Shown piece by piece: positions 1-16,492 of a stretch of 64,000 nt of DNA. Source of the DNA: Eledone cirrhosa. Its lineage: Eukaryota. Each line of letters opens with the position of its first letter. Position 1 is the first letter of the stretch. The stretch spans positions 54,808,001 through 54,872,000 of the forward strand of contig OZ024740.1 of assembly GCA_964016885.1 (NCBI GenBank), read 5' to 3'. The notes below the pieces were generated by a model. That model ran no database searches. It saw only the letters and a list, made by a program, of their open reading frames with translations, and was not told the DNA's origin. A program made the position numbers and the translations under genes.

Positions 1-375
1 AACGCATGCGCAAAGAAGACAAAATAAAATAAACAAACAAACAAATAAATAAATAAATAAATAAATAAATATATAAGCAGACTAAATAAAGATGGCGTAG
101 ACATACAATGTAACGGGAGGAAACAATAGCACTACTGGCGATGTTGCAGATGTGCAACGAAAGAACTTTGATAAACTATATATATTTGTTTGTGTCTATA
201 TTGTATCTGTATTATTTTTGACCGTTAGATAAGTCAATGGCAACATTGAGGACCGAATAAATTAGATTACCGATATAAAAGACACAGAAGCGAAGACCAA
301 CCAAACAGTGAGTGTGTTCTGTTATTAATTCTGGCAATATTACACAAATATGACCCTCCCCAAGTATAACAATAT
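1..375 (+). mobile_element. 3' pLTR/UTR fragment of PLE family A (cut by window edge)
   Basis: Reverse complement of the segment downstream of the PLE ORFs (24672-25055, 27352-27713); ends CCCTCCCCAAGTATAACAATAT running into a TA-rich tract. Confidence 0.85.
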
Positions 376-429
376 ATATATACATATATAATCTGTTATT
401 TTAATAAATATATATATATATATATATAT

Positions 430-773
430 ATAAAAGACGTAAAATAAGAAAATTGTTTTTAAAACATTTTTTTTTAAAATTAACTTACTTACTTAAATTT
501 TCACTCCAACTAATTAGTTTCTGCAATGGGATAAAGACAGTTAATAACTGTCTTTATCCCATTGCAGAAACTAATTAGTTGGAGTGAAAATTTAAGTAAG
601 TAAGTTAATTTTTTTTTTTTTATTTTTTTTTTTTTTATTTTCTTATTTTACGTCTTTTATATTATTGTTCTGCATTCTCCTGCATCGAACCACCTAGGTA
701 CTATGACATAACCTGTGTATTTGCTGGCATTGGCGTATATCTGTGCGCTTATGTTAGTAGATATATTAAATTA

Positions 774-778
<5 letters not shown>
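430..778 (+). mobile_element. Fold-back (palindromic) insert in (TA)n carrying the 3' half of a hammerhead
   Basis: Arms 430-544 and 544-660 are inverted; right arm continues as a unique tail to ~778. Axis hairpin TGCAATGGG...CCCATTGCA (522-566) is followed by GAAA-CTAATTAG-TT (567-580). Confidence 0.7.
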
Positions 779-863
<85 letters not shown>

Positions 864-944
864 TACATATATATATACATATATATATACATATATATAT
901 ATACATATATATATACATATATACATATATACATATATATATAC

Positions 945-1001
<57 letters not shown>

Positions 1002-1513
1002 CAGTGGTAAAGGTGTTGCCTTTACGATCATAACGTTGTGTTCCATTCAACGGCTGAGTTGTGTGTTGTCTTCTTGAGGAAAACACTTCATTTCAGATAG
1101 TGTATTCAGCTGAAAATGAGTACCACCAATAGCTGGGAGTTAAAACTGCGTTGGACTAGCGTCCTAACCTCTCTTGTACTCTCAAACGCTTCACGCAATA
1201 ATATATATAATTTTAAAATTCTATATCATACAGTTTGTGTACTTAAATTTTTATGTATATATCTATTTATGTATATATGTATGATTTCCTGAATTGATAG
1301 GGAGAAATATATCCATACATCCATATAGGTAAATAATCCTGTATACGTGGATTTCTCCCTTAATATTCCTGCGCATACATGGGACTATTTATGCGATAAG
1401 ATATATATTCACTCACATTAAGTGATATATATAATTCGTTTCAATGGCTATCATCGAAATATATATAGCAGTAAATAAAGGATTATGAGTTCATGCAATT
1501 GACTTATGTTTCG

Positions 1514-1593
<80 letters not shown>

Positions 1594-1596
<3 letters not shown>

Positions 1597-2680
1597 TAAA
1601 ACATGTCTATAGAATCACCAGATAAAATATATACCATTTCCTCTCCCAATTAGCATAATTAACTATATAAAAAATCGAATAGGCCATGCTATGAGAATTA
1701 GGCTTCTATGAAGAGATCTCCAACAACTAACCAAATCTAGCCCTTCGCGTCGGCTACGGCGGAATATTTATCGAATATTTCGACAGCGTAATCGCCCAGA
1801 TACAGTCAATTAAACAGAATTAGGTGTAAAATAAACTAGGAGAAAAGAGAATACATTTATTTACCTCTACCATGGTTTCGTCCGCATTTTGAGATTTCCA
1901 ATATCTTCGGAAATTCGAGCATCGGACTCTTCAGAAGTTTGCTCTAATCTAGACAATAAATTTTCCAAAGTGATCGCGCCAAGAATACATTCAAAAATGG
2001 CTAAGAACCGTGACGTAGCAGCAGTCAGGTTGGAAGGAGTGTGATAGTTACTTATGGCTGGTGGCTTTTTGCTAGAAAGCACAGCACAATACAGCCAAAT
2101 TTGTATCTCAACCTAATGGCAGATTATTACATATAAAGGTAATAATCTCCCATTAGGTTGAGATACAAATTTGGCTGTATTGTGCTGTGCTTTCTAGCAA
2201 AAAGCCACCAGTCATAAGTAACTACCACACTCCTTCCAACCTGACCGCTGCTACGTTACGATTCTTAGCCATTTTTGAATGTATTCTTGGCGCGATCACT
2301 TTGGAAAATTTATTGTCTAGATTAGAGCAAACTCCTGAACAGTCCGATGCTCGAATTTCTGAAGATATTGGAAATCTCAAAATGCGGACGAAACCATGGT
2401 AGAGGTAAATAAATGTATTCTCTTTTCTCCTAGTTTATTTTACACCTAATTCTGTTTAATTGACTGTATCTGGGCGATTACGCTGTCGAAATATTCGATA
2501 AATATTCCGTCGTAGCCGACGCGAAGGGCTAGTTTCGGTTATTTGTTGGAGATTTCTTCATAAAAGCCTTATTCTTATAGCCTGGTCTATTCGATTTTTT
2601 ATATAGTTAATTATGCTAATTGGGAGAGGAAATTGTATATATTTTATCTGGTGATTCTATAGACATGTTTTATGATATAT
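1594..2680. repeat. ~540 bp-arm inverted repeat with short spacer, between (TA)n tracts
   Basis: 1594-2130 is the reverse complement of ~2139-2680 with scattered substitutions; the mirrored 71-aa ORFs 1867-2082(-) and 2187-2402(+) reflect this. Confidence 0.9.
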
Positions 2681-2751
2681 AGCTCTGATTATTTAATCTA
2701 TTAACTTTTCATTGAGCCACAAAGTGACCCGTTGCAAAACACGTATATGTA

Positions 2752-2935
<184 letters not shown>

Positions 2936-3169
2936 GTGTGTGTATACATACATACATACATACACGCCGACACACACACACATATATATATATGATGTAG
3001 AATGCTGTGTATATAAGTTCATACGGCAAATATTAATGCCGAGTCGTAACGTCTGGTTAGTCATAACACACACACACACACTCACACACACACACACACT
3101 CACACACACACACACATACACACAAACGCACACACAGACACGCGCACACAGATACACACACACACACCC

Positions 3170-3238
<69 letters not shown>

Positions 3239-3535
3239 GTCCATGTGTAATTGTATATCTTGTATGCATGTCAGTGTCTGGGTGGCAATCATTGTCGCGT
3301 CTGTGGATCTGTTGGTATTGAAAGTTTCGTAACATTTACTCCATCGCTACCCCTTGCCGACTCTACTTACACTTCATAGTTTCGCCGTTTACGGTTGCAC
3401 TACCATTTCGCCCTATCCGAAGCTAATTAGTTTCTCTAACCACCATAGCACGCAAAGAAATATATTGGCAACAATCATATTCACTACCATCTTTCTACAA
3501 AACCCCTCTCGGCTGCTACTATGTGTGTATGTATG

Positions 3536-3580
<45 letters not shown>

Positions 3581-4184
3581 CTGTTTTACGTTCGTTTTTC
3601 CACGCTAACATGGTTTAGACGAGTTGTCCTGTTGTGGGCAGTGTCCAATCGGCTGACCTTGTGTTGCTCATACGGGAACAGATTCTGGCTTGATTTCTAC
3701 AGCTGGATGCCCTTCCTAACACCGACCTCATTTACAGTGAGTGCTGGGTGCTTTTTTTTCGTGGCCCCTACACGTCCACTTTACAGTGTAGGCTGGGTGC
3801 TTTTTTGTATGTATATGTAGAAATTCATAAACATCCTTGTACATTCCCTTACATTGTTTAGTTCACGCACGCATGGTCACTCACACATTCACACTCTCAC
3901 AGCAGGTAGCCTATCACGATCCATTGCCCATCTTTCAGACATAAGAACACAATTACATGCGCGCGCACACATGCACTCACGCACGCATACACATATGTCC
4001 ACATCACATATACAATCATTACCTCCCTTTTAAACCTCTCTAACGCGTAAGATACCCCTTGATCAACAAATCTCCAAAATAGCTGACTGAATACACACTT
4101 ATATTCTTCTTTTTTTCTCATTTTCCCTGTTCCTTTCTTCGTTTCACTCTTTATCTTTCTATTTTATCTTCTATTTTAAATATA

Positions 4185-4220
4185 TCTTCTAATGAAGGAC
4201 TAGTGTCCGAAACATTAAGA
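4185..4220 (+). ncRNA. Minimal type I hammerhead, family C (one core mutation)
   Basis: TCTT CTAATGA A GGAC-tagt-GTCC GAAA CAT TA AGA; core G5>A relative to CUGAUGA. Confidence 0.55.
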
Positions 4221-4304
4221 ATATTTTCCTGATATTTCAAACGTTAAACTAATGAATTTCTTCAATGTACTGCATCGGCGGCTTCGTTATTTTTGTTTAA
4301 TTTT

Positions 4305-4363
<59 letters not shown>

Positions 4364-7299
4364 AACATGTATATTTTTACATATATATATATATGGAACA
4401 TGAATATAGTTTTCATTATACATATAGCCTTGATTGTGTTGATATTTTATTAACCGTTCTCGGTTTCAACTCTTACAGTCGGGTTATATTATCATCATAT
4501 CTATAAAGTATATATTAATGATGAAAATAAGTGATGCAACATTTAGCTATAATATGTGAGTTATGAGCCTAGTAATGCATTTGAAGAAATAGTAGCAGCA
4601 AATATGCAATACAAACATTTCTCTGCTTTCACTAAACGTAAAGCTGATGGGACCGTTGTGTTAAGTAACCATTCAATACGCGAGCTACTAGCAACACTAT
4701 GTTCACTGCTGATGAAAACTCCAGATGTGCACACGGCCTTTCCATAGAATCGAAGTTCTTTATCCAGTACAAATATATATAAGAAATATGTATAACATCA
4801 CTTGTCATGTATATTACAATTTGTTTTTCTAAACAATAAACAAAACGCAAGGGACTGCTTATTTGATTTGAAAAAAGAAGTCTTTAATTATTTCTAACTT
4901 TCGTACAAATACTGGTGTAGTTAGAAGTCTTACAAATCAATTGTTGTTTTTTAGATTGTGATTATATTATTTTTAAATGATTCATCACAATCAAAGTGAT
5001 GATGATAATCATTTCGATAATACTTGATTTTTATATATCTTATTATGACATCTAGTAGTGGTGTTTATATACAATAGACAACACGAATTATAATTGTAAT
5101 GAGAAGGTGAATGGGGAGAAGAAATAGGAAAATAAAATGAGGTAGAAGGGCAACTGAGAGACAGAAAAGGAAGGCAGAATATAAGGGGAATTGCTATAGT
5201 CAGAGGGGGAAGTAGAATACAATGAATCTGGTGTTGATTTGAATCATAATGATTCGTGTACTTGTAGGAATACTTCATAATGGCAGAGACAGCAAGATAT
5301 TATTTATGTATTAATAATATATGTAAAATATATAATATATGTAAAAAATATAATATATGTAAAAAATATAAAAGGTCCTTCTCAAATCTAATGCAATAAT
5401 ATAAAAAAGATACCTTATAATGTAGTTCTAGATACGTAGATGGTCATGAACGCAATGGATTTGATTATGAATTTGCTCTACAAAGACTTACATGGGTTAA
5501 CGTACAACAATAACAAGTGGCCTTCCTCGTCCTAGAGGTTTTCGCAGTTTGGCACACATTGTTCAATCGTATGCGTTACAGTATGACAAATTTTGGGAAT
5601 GTTACATTTGATCTACTGCCCAATCAGGTCCTATAAGCCATGTAGGTTTTGGTAGTGGCGGAAGTAATGGCATGCAAAATTATCTCAACTTTAGCATGAC
5701 CATTATTGTTTCCCATCAGCGAATTTGGGATAATATAGCGTTTTGTGGGGTTTTAACTACCTATAATAGCCCGGGTTACGTCATTTGTAATTATTTTACT
5801 ATCTTTGTTTTCAAGAATTTGCAGAGAGAACTATCATAATCTTGATCAGATCTAATATACTAAGTGTACATAACACTAAAGTTGTAATTTGTAATGCTGC
5901 TGTATGCAGCATTACAAATGCATTCCAACAATACAAATCATGCCTTTTGTGGCGGGTAACTAGGACTACATTGTCTAATTTGTCCTTTCCTTTCGATAGA
6001 TGTATGATGAGCAGGCATGTCGGATATATCTAACGGCTCAAATATGTAATTTCCTTGTGTCAATCAAATGGGTGTGTCGGATTAGTTGGGACTACGTGTC
6101 TCATTTGCTCTTTAAATTTAATGTGTGAACTATGAAGGGCAGCAATATTGCGGGTAGTTTGTAATATCGATGATTCTAAGTGTGAGATATACTTATTTTG
6201 ATGTTGTTTATAGATTTTGTAATATTCTTCAAGCCGTAAGGGCAAAAATACATTTTTTTTTTTTTTTCTTTTTATATTCTGTGCTTCATTTTTGGTGAAT
6301 GATTTTGGAATAAAGATGGATAATGTAGTTGATTTAGGAGTGTGTGTATGTTTTATTTTTTTCGACACGGTTATTGTAGCATGTGATGTAACGAGGCCGT
6401 TGCTAGAATTGTTGGTTACTACACTTTTAGAGTTCTTTCTTCGTATATTGGTGGTGTGCGTGTAATCGCGCAGTGTGTTATTGCAAGCGTGAGATAGAGA
6501 GTTTGTGTCTATTGAGGTTGATTGTATTGTATTTCTAAAAGGCGTTAGCGCGTCGAATAATATTCGACGCGCTATTTCTTTCGTGATTCGGAATTGCTTC
6601 TTTTACGGTTGACATAAAACAATAATGAATCAAGTTGTAGTATCTGTTCCGGCTATTTTTGTATTGATTTCAAATTTTGCACACGGTTGCCAGCCTTCTC
6701 GTACATGGAAATTATTCATTGGAGGCACAATTAGCGGTGATGACTTTCCAGTTTCAGATGTATATATATGTATATATTATTGTTCTTTTGTTTGTCACAA
6801 ATGCACTAAAAAACCAGTGAAGCAAACATGTTCAAACTTCGCATGTAAGATCCTTAGACTGAGAAATAGGTTTCCTCACATTTGTTCCTATATTCATTTG
6901 CTTATATATTCCTTTAACTGAGTTTGGAAAAATAACGTTGGTAGTCATAGAAAGAAAGAAATAGATAAAGAAAAAGAAGAAAGTGCGCGATACGTTGTCA
7001 AACGTCCAATCAACGATTTCAAACGTTCCTCCCTCTTTCCTGCGTTCAACATATTAGCCGTCCTCGTAAATGCATCTGTATACACTCAAGTGCATTCCAG
7101 TATTGATTTATATATAGACGAGCCCACGCATAGATTCCACAAAATAAACACACCATATTGTTGACGTCTTACAATTTACTCAGTTCTGAGTATATCATTT
7201 TCTTTATCTGTTTAAAATCATATTTACAATAGAATGATAATCAATCATATAAAAGTGCTCAATTATTTACAGATTAAAGTTAATTAGAATAAATTCATT

Positions 7300-7810
7300 G
7301 ATGGCTATCTTTCTCAATGTGATAGTGTTCTTCACCATATGTGTGCCATACAAGTCAAAACAGTTTTTTGCAATTCTTGTAGTGATGGTAAACCAGGGAT
7401 CATTCTAAAATAATTTTCTACTCCTTTTTTTATATCATTCCTAGTGTTCCTACAATCATTTGTATTGTGACCACCTTGAGATGCCACATTTTTTTCAATG
7501 TCAATTTGCAAGTCTTTATATTTTGTGGGATTGTCAAATATTTTTTTGCTGCAATATTGCGTGCACATAGAATGTTCATGTCAATCAACAAACATACTTT
7601 GTTATTTTGGTCTTTTACAATAATATCCGTTCTATCAGCGTTGATGGATTTATCTGTATATAGTGGAAAGTCCCAAAGAATAGTTACATTTTCTCCCTCA
7701 ATTACAGCCTCAGGGTGACGCTTATACCACTTGTCAGCAGTTTTGATTATGTAATGCCGATAATATAAATAAGTGGAGACATTGGCCAACTCTGTGATAC
7801 TTTGATTTAT
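7300..7810 (-). mobile_element. Degenerate non-LTR retrotransposon 3' fragment with restriction-like endonuclease (R4/Dong-like)
   Basis: Frameshifted KWYKRHPEAVIEGENVTILWDFPLYTDKSINADRTDIIVKD..CLLID..KYKDLQIDIEK..MWHLKVVTI..GTLG pattern typical of REL domains. Confidence 0.7.
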
Positions 7811-7854
7811 AGTCTACTGTTGTTGTCATTTTTATTGTTGCTGTCATTGTTGTT

Positions 7855-8065
7855 GGCAGTGGATTGTCTGTGGATTGGTAGAGTCGGTAGAGTGTCAGAC
7901 ATTGTGCTGAGCGGCATAGAGTTACCGCCTTTTTCTCTCTGAGTTCAAATCGCGCCGAGTTTAGCTTTGCCTTTCATCTTTCGATAAAATAAAACGCCAA
8001 TAATGAACTTCGACTTTCCCCTCTCCCCATATTGCTGGTCTTATACCTAGAGTAGAGATTATAAT
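7855..8065 (+). mobile_element. tRNA-derived SINE (dominant family), diverged copy
   Basis: GAGTTCAAATC B-box-like word followed by CTTTGCCTTTCATC..GATAAAATAAA core shared with other copies. Confidence 0.65.
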
Positions 8066-8543
8066 TTTTCCTCTGTGTTATTTTCAATATATTCATCGCC
8101 ACATGAATTTGTAACATAGAAGAATGGCAAGAAGGATTTGAAACTATATATTATATTGACCAGTACTTGATTTTATTGGCTCTGGAAGGGGGTAAAGTTT
8201 CTATCCGTCTCACAATTGCATTGACCATTCAATCCTTAATGTTTACTGTTCAGTCAGCGGGACTGCCTTCTTCTGAAATTAAGATAGAGGCATCTTATCA
8301 TTCCAGAGACACGTGCACAATTAACTTTGATCTAAGGGTTGTTCAGCAATATGTGACAACGCTGTTCTTTTGGCAAATACGGGTTCGACCTGTATTTGAC
8401 AGCTGTATGGACTGAAGCATAGAAAGTAAAGTGCATTGTTGAAGGAAGAAACCCGCCATCCGGTCAAGGAATCGAACTGAGAACATATGATCCGGGGCCC
8501 AGTTACCTTACCACAATTCTATGCGTGCCTTCATTATATATAT

Positions 8544-8633
<90 letters not shown>

Positions 8634-8663
8634 AGATAGATAGATAGAGAGAGATAGATAGAT

Positions 8664-8705
<42 letters not shown>

Positions 8706-8709
<4 letters not shown>

Positions 8710-8876
8710 CACTAGAAGGTAATATCCGTAGTGGTAGAGCACTCAGTCCATGGGACGAGTTAGGTAGAAGTGGTAACACAGCAGTTAGTTCACCATACCT
8801 AAAACAATTGTTTCACCTTAGCAGATCCTCAACTCGTAATGGTCATGGTTATACGAAACAGGAATGTGTTTGTATA
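8706..8876 (-). mobile_element. PLE-like terminal fragment with degenerate hammerhead (sister of 9900-9998)
   Basis: Reverse complement matches 9900-9998; reads TTGAGGA TCTGCTAAGGT GAAA CAATTG TT on the minus strand. Confidence 0.55.
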
Positions 8877-8889
8877 TTTATATATTATA

Positions 8890-9526
8890 CTAGCAGTGTT
8901 ACCCGGCGTTACACGGGATATGGTATTTTGGGACGCGGGCCGCCAACAGACCTAATCGTGGAAAAATTGCATGCCTGGATAATATGTAAAGAAAATAACC
9001 TGAATACTCTGATGGCTGGATAATCTTTAAGATTTTCCTCGATGAGGCAGGAAAAATGCAGGTTTTCAACTAATGCGGGTCCTTGGGGATCAATAAAATG
9101 AATTTTTTTTATGTGCACAACATGATTGAAATTTTGGGAAAATCGGCTAGACGTAACGCCTCAAAAAAGCCCTAAAAAGCTAAGAAAATGAAGTTTTTCA
9201 CCCAGTGCGGCCCTAGGTCATAAAAAAGTTGGATTTTCTTTCCTCAGGGTATGAAGAAGAGACTGACTAATACATAGTTACAATTTCAAGGAAATCGGAC
9301 TGACGTAATGCCTAAAAAAACACATAAAAAGCTGAAAAAACGCAGTTTTTCACCTGGGTATCAAATGTTGAATTTTGTTATGTGTATAACACTCCCTGAA
9401 ACATAAGTAATACACATGTAAAGTTTTAAAAATTCGGTTGGGTACTTCTCGAGTTTTAGGTATTCAAACTCACAGACACACACACACACACACACACACA
9501 CATCCTCAGTTTTATATATATAGAGA
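8890..9526 (-). mobile_element. Non-autonomous Helitron
   Basis: Minus strand begins TC and ends CTAG, sits between A and T, has subterminal hairpin CCCG-tgtaacgc-CGGG, internal ~150-bp repeats and a (CA)n tract near the 5' end. Confidence 0.75.
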
Positions 9527-9544
9527 TTATATTATATATACATA

Positions 9545-10514
<970 letters not shown>

Positions 10515-10523
10515 ATCTATATT

Positions 10524-10573
<50 letters not shown>

Positions 10574-10962
10574 GATGTAAGAATATAAGTATCCCTTTAT
10601 GAATATATATGTATGTATTTTAGAAAATATATGCATATTGCCTCGGAAAGTTTTAAATATCCTGTAACACACGTCCTTCTTCAGCAGTTATAACACCCTT
10701 ACCCACGTATGACAGTATTTAGCATTTCAGTAATATGTCTTTTATATGCCTTTAGTGCTAGACCCATATAAAATTTTCAAATTAACAGTTTTAGTGCCTT
10801 GAGTGGTTAATAAAATTAGCTGTTTAGTCAGCTATTTCTAATGCCTTATAGGGCTGGAAAGGAATTGTAAATTATTGTATCAGTCACCGTTATGTTCCGC
10901 CATCATTAGCAAGTCTGGCATTTTTTCTAACGTTTTCAGATTCTAATAATAATAATAATAAT

Positions 10963-11016
<54 letters not shown>

Positions 11017-11292
11017 GGGCCTATACACACTCACATGTGTGTGTGTGCATGTGAACATGTCTGTGTGTATGCATATATTTTTTCATGTGTATTTATTTTT
11101 CAAGAACTTCTTTGTTGCTTGTTTACGCGTGTTGTCATTAAATGTGCGATATAGGCTCCTGACAGGGTGCTTAGTTTATATTGATAAACGTATATTACTC
11201 TCACATGCATACAAATACACGGCTGACTGAATACACGCGTGCTTTTTTCAAAAAAGAATGTTTGTTCCTTTATTTTCTAACTTTCTATTTCA

Positions 11293-11328
11293 TCTTCTGA
11301 TGAAAGACTAGTGTCTGAAACGTGAAGA
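11293..11328 (+). ncRNA. Minimal type I hammerhead, family C
   Basis: TCTT CTGATGA A AGAC-tagt-GTCT GAAA CGTG AAGA; stem II AGAC/GTCT covaries with GGAC/GTCC of other copies; cleavage triplet appears mutated. Confidence 0.6.
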
Positions 11329-12224
11329 CACTTTTCGTATTATATTAACACACACACATTTATATATAGATGTATATGAATAAATATATATATATATATA
11401 TATATATATGGGTCAATCCGGGAATTGAACACACAACATCGCGATTGTGAACCCAACGCTCTAACCACTAAGGCCTTATATATATATAAAAGCAATGAGT
11501 TATTTATATATATATATATATAAGTGTGTGTGTGCCGTGTCAATTCCCGGATTGAGCCTTGCCACACATTAATTCCTGCTGCTCCTGTTCACTCAGCTGG
11601 AAATATGAGTTGCGACGTCACTGGTGCCAAGCGGTATAGGCCTTTTTTTCCCCTTTGACAGCGTCTATGGAAATGAAATATATCGGTGATGGAAATAGCA
11701 CCGAAATCCGATGGGTTAGCGAAGATATACTTTGGGTATTTCATCTAAACTGGATTACAGTAAACCATTGTCAATACCAGTTAATAGATGAGTCCTCAGA
11801 GGAAACCAAACTCCAAATATTATATTCTTTGTATATACATGTATATTTATATATAGATCTTTAAAATCAATAAAATACGAAGGAGGTCCAACGCAAACTA
11901 CAGCAACAACGAAACTACACATCTGTAGATGGTTTGGGGTTGACCCACCCAACCATTATCTTTATATGGACAACAGCAACATCAAAACGAACGGCAAGCA
12001 AGCTACCTGCCTTTCTATCTAACTATATATCTACTTATCTCTGTATATATCTATCTACCTGTGCCTCTATTTATCAATCTCCTTTCCTATCTATCTATTT
12101 AATTATCCATCTGCCGAAATATCTGTATGTATATCTAAGTCTATATATTTATATTTAGTTATAGATATCTCTATGTATCTTTCCTCAACAGCATTAACAA
12201 AATCAAACACTGCCCGCCATAGAG

Positions 12225-12375
12225 ATGTTGGTGATTTGGCACTATCGGTAGAGTGTCAGACACCATGCTTTGCAAGCATAGTTAACTTTGCCTTTCATCC
12301 TTAGGGGTCGAGAAAATAAAGCACCAGTAATGCACTGGCGTAATAGCTGGCCTTGTGCCAAAAGTAGAAACATCA
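12225..12375 (+). mobile_element. tRNA-derived SINE, internally deleted
   Basis: TGGCACTATCGGTAGAG head, TTTGCCTTTCATCCTT core, GCTGGCCTTGTGCCAAAAGTAGAAAC tail. Confidence 0.7.
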
Positions 12376-12729
12376 TTGATATTATCAGACATCTTTTTCT
12401 GTCGCTGTTGTTGATACTGTAGTGTCGTGATAAGTAAACTACGGTTTACTTATGACTAGTATTACTATAATAGATTGTAGAAAGAAAGATGGCGATTGTA
12501 GGAAAGAAACAATGTGGTATACTGTGTATTTAATACTTGCTTTACTATTACCCGCGCCTCATATCTGATGGATAGTATATATATTATATATTTATAGAGA
12601 GAGAGGGGGAGAGAGGAAAATGAGGGGAGGTAACATAGATAAAGGGATAAATAGATAGATTTATGCGTTGTATTTTATATAATTTTGTTCTTTTCTTCTT
12701 CTTCACCCACTTACACCTGAGAGGGACAT

Positions 12730-14130
12730 GTAGGCAGAATTCATGCTCAGTATAATTTAAAAGGTGACAGTCGTCAGCATACAGTAGGTCTCTTATTAGT
12801 GAGGTGAACACTTAACTCTTAAATTTCGTCCTCTGATGCCATTTCATCTACAATTGGGATGCTTTTTATTGATTGTTTAATATTTATGTTGATATTAGTG
12901 GGCCAGGTAAGGAGCTCAGAGATGTGTTCTACCCAATTATATCAGCCTAGAGTGACTGACAATCTGCAGTTCTTACAGGTACTATTTGAGAGGTTTGTGG
13001 ACCGAACACTTCATTAATATAGGAGAAAATGTCTTAGTATCCTTGCGATCCACTGTCTCTTTTGCTTGCTTAGCTTTGTTTTGCCACCATTGATAAATAA
13101 TACTCCTCAAAGAATTTTGAAATTTACTTTCAAGTCGGTTATAAGTCATTGCGTTTAGAATTGATTGATCCAGAAAGACGCTTTTTACATAAATATTGTT
13201 TGTCCTATTTCAGGGTTATTATCTCTAAGCCAGTAATTGGGTCTCTTTGCGCTGACACCAACTGTTGCTGATGCTGCTTGGAAGATTCTTATCTTAAAAT
13301 GTTTTCAAAGATGGCTTCAGTCAAGTGTGTTATGAGTAAATGCACTACGAACATTGTAGATAGTATTAAAAGAATTGGAATTTGCCACATTAAGTATCTT
13401 TGGTAGTTTAGTCCCAGAGGGTCTAGCATTTCGTTGTATAACTAGTTTGACTTTGGACCTGCTTCATTTTCTGCACATTACATACACGTTTTTCATCATA
13501 TTTTAAAACTAAGATGTAATCATCCTTAGACCATGGGAGTATCCTAGTTATTTACATATTCTTTTCTGCTAACAATAGTATTTGATGTTACAGATAGATG
13601 TTCAATGCATGGAGTGAAACACCATTTCAGTTACATTTTCCTCCACCATATTTAGCTAAGGTAGACCATGGTATGAAATCAGACCGAACCCACGAGATGA
13701 AGTCATCCATAATTACAAGCTTATCATCATCTGGCATGTTTCACGCCAAGTTCGTTGTAGAATAGATGAATACATTATTCTTTATATAACATTGTGGGAG
13801 TGCAAACATTGTAAGGTATCATGCTGTTTTCAAACGAACATCATGTAATATATAATACCTTCTGAGGAACCATTAGGATAATTTTCAAATGATGGGATGA
13901 CAGTTTCTAACAGCGAAGATAACACCTGTTTCTCTCTTTTGACCTTCTGCTAAAATTTTCCAAATTGACATGCATTGTGCACAATATTCCAATGTAGGCT
14001 TGATTCAAAGTGAGCTACTATATTTTTAAACTCATGAGCAATCAATGAGATACGTCTCTCAAGTATTAGAATAAAATTGTAATCAAATAGAGTACGCACA
14101 TTCCCACAAGAAATTTTCAAAGGGTGGTGT
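12730..14130 (-). mobile_element. Degenerate RTE-clade LINE (APE endonuclease start plus RT fragment, internally deleted)
   Basis: Minus-strand PLKISCGNVRTLFD..ERRISLIAHEFK near 14030-14123 and LIRDLLYADDC near 12770-12800. Confidence 0.65.
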
Positions 14131-14414
14131 AGTCAATTAACCTCAGCAAGAGAATAACCAGTGAGCCCAACCTATAGTGCACGGGGTCAACTTTCAAGTC
14201 TGTTTGAGAAATTTCAAATGATTTTAAAGTGCATTGTAAAGCGTGTGAACTCTTTTGTATATAAAGTGTGTGTGTATTAAATTGTGAATACATTGTTATT
14301 TATTAATTTTTTATGGTCTTAGCTGTCTAACATATTTGTATATATATATATATTATATAGATGTGCGTATGTATGGATAAATAAGTTAAAAGCCAAGACC
14401 ATTTTATATATACG

Positions 14415-14446
<32 letters not shown>

Positions 14447-14450
14447 TACG

Positions 14451-14483
<33 letters not shown>

Positions 14484-14739
14484 GCATTTCATTTTCTTAT
14501 TATATATAATTATGCACACACGCATATGTATATATCTATATATATCTATGTACGTGTGTGTATGTGTGTGTATGTATGTATGTGTGTGTGTATGTGTGTG
14601 TGCGAGCACGCCCGCCTGTATAAATATTATAATTAGCTACTGCACAGCGGAACAATGGAGAAAGTTTCTTTTTACGGGGTACTGGTGCCAGCCTTACTCC
14701 CAATCTTTCTCAATTCTCAAACTGGCTTCGACTAGGTTA

Positions 14740-15620
<881 letters not shown>

Positions 15621-16446
15621 GCAGACTCAATTAAAATTCATGTAACTTTCTCCTTATTCCCGTCGGAAGAATAAGATAAATTTGTATATTTGATATTTAG
15701 CTAAATTTATGTTGGAAATTGCCACAGGGCATCATTCAATCATGAAATTTAAAGCCACAAAAGTATATGAAAAAGATGGAAAATTATAGTAAACCGTAAT
15801 AATATAATTAATTCTCCCTTACATATGTTGTGTAAACATTTAATTTTCGATATTGCATTTTGACATTCTATTCTATAGCATTATAGATTTAAATTGTGGC
15901 AAGATTTTTCTTAAATATTTAATATAATCAATATGCTAGTCTCTCTTTCGTTCTGTTTGTCTATCTGTCTGCTTATATGTGTGTATGTATTTATGTATGT
16001 ATGTATTATGTATGTTTGTATGTATGTACATGTGTATGTATGTCTGTTTGTAAATATGTAGGTACTATGTACGTATATTTGTATTAAGTATGTATGTATG
16101 CGTGTATATATATAGAGAGAGATAAATAAATAGATATATGTAACAGATACGTTATTTTTTCTGTGTGCATATGTTTCGTGTCTATTTAAATAGGACGACA
16201 TGTGTGTAGGTGAGTATATTTCTGTCGAAACATACTTAAACGCGCTTGCTCACAATTAATTGTGGAAACTGAGACGCAATATTGGATTGATATAAAGAGA
16301 TATATGTATAGTGAAATATATATGCAATATATATATATATATACATATATAAGTTATTCCGGGTTGAAGCCGAGGTAACCACAGTAAGTAAGGTACTCAA
16401 TACATAGCAGAGTATAAATGTTTTCATTCGTGAGAAATCATCAGGA

Positions 16447-16492
16447 AGATTCCTGATGATTTCTCACGAATGAAACAGTTACTGTAGAAGCT
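16447..16492 (+). ncRNA. Type I hammerhead ribozyme within a short palindrome
   Basis: AGATTC CTGATGA TTTC-tcac-GAAT GAAA CAG-tta-CTG TA GAAGCT; GUA triplet; 16422-16447 is the inverted copy of 16450-16475. Confidence 0.75.

Noticed and set aside
2355-2385. CTGAAGA-TATTG-GAAA motif in the large palindrome
   Set aside because: No room for stem II, and the mirror arm reads CCGAAGA; likely chance.
5000-6400. Possible very old PLE on the minus strand
   Set aside because: Too degenerate; no unambiguous RT or GIY-YIG motif readable.
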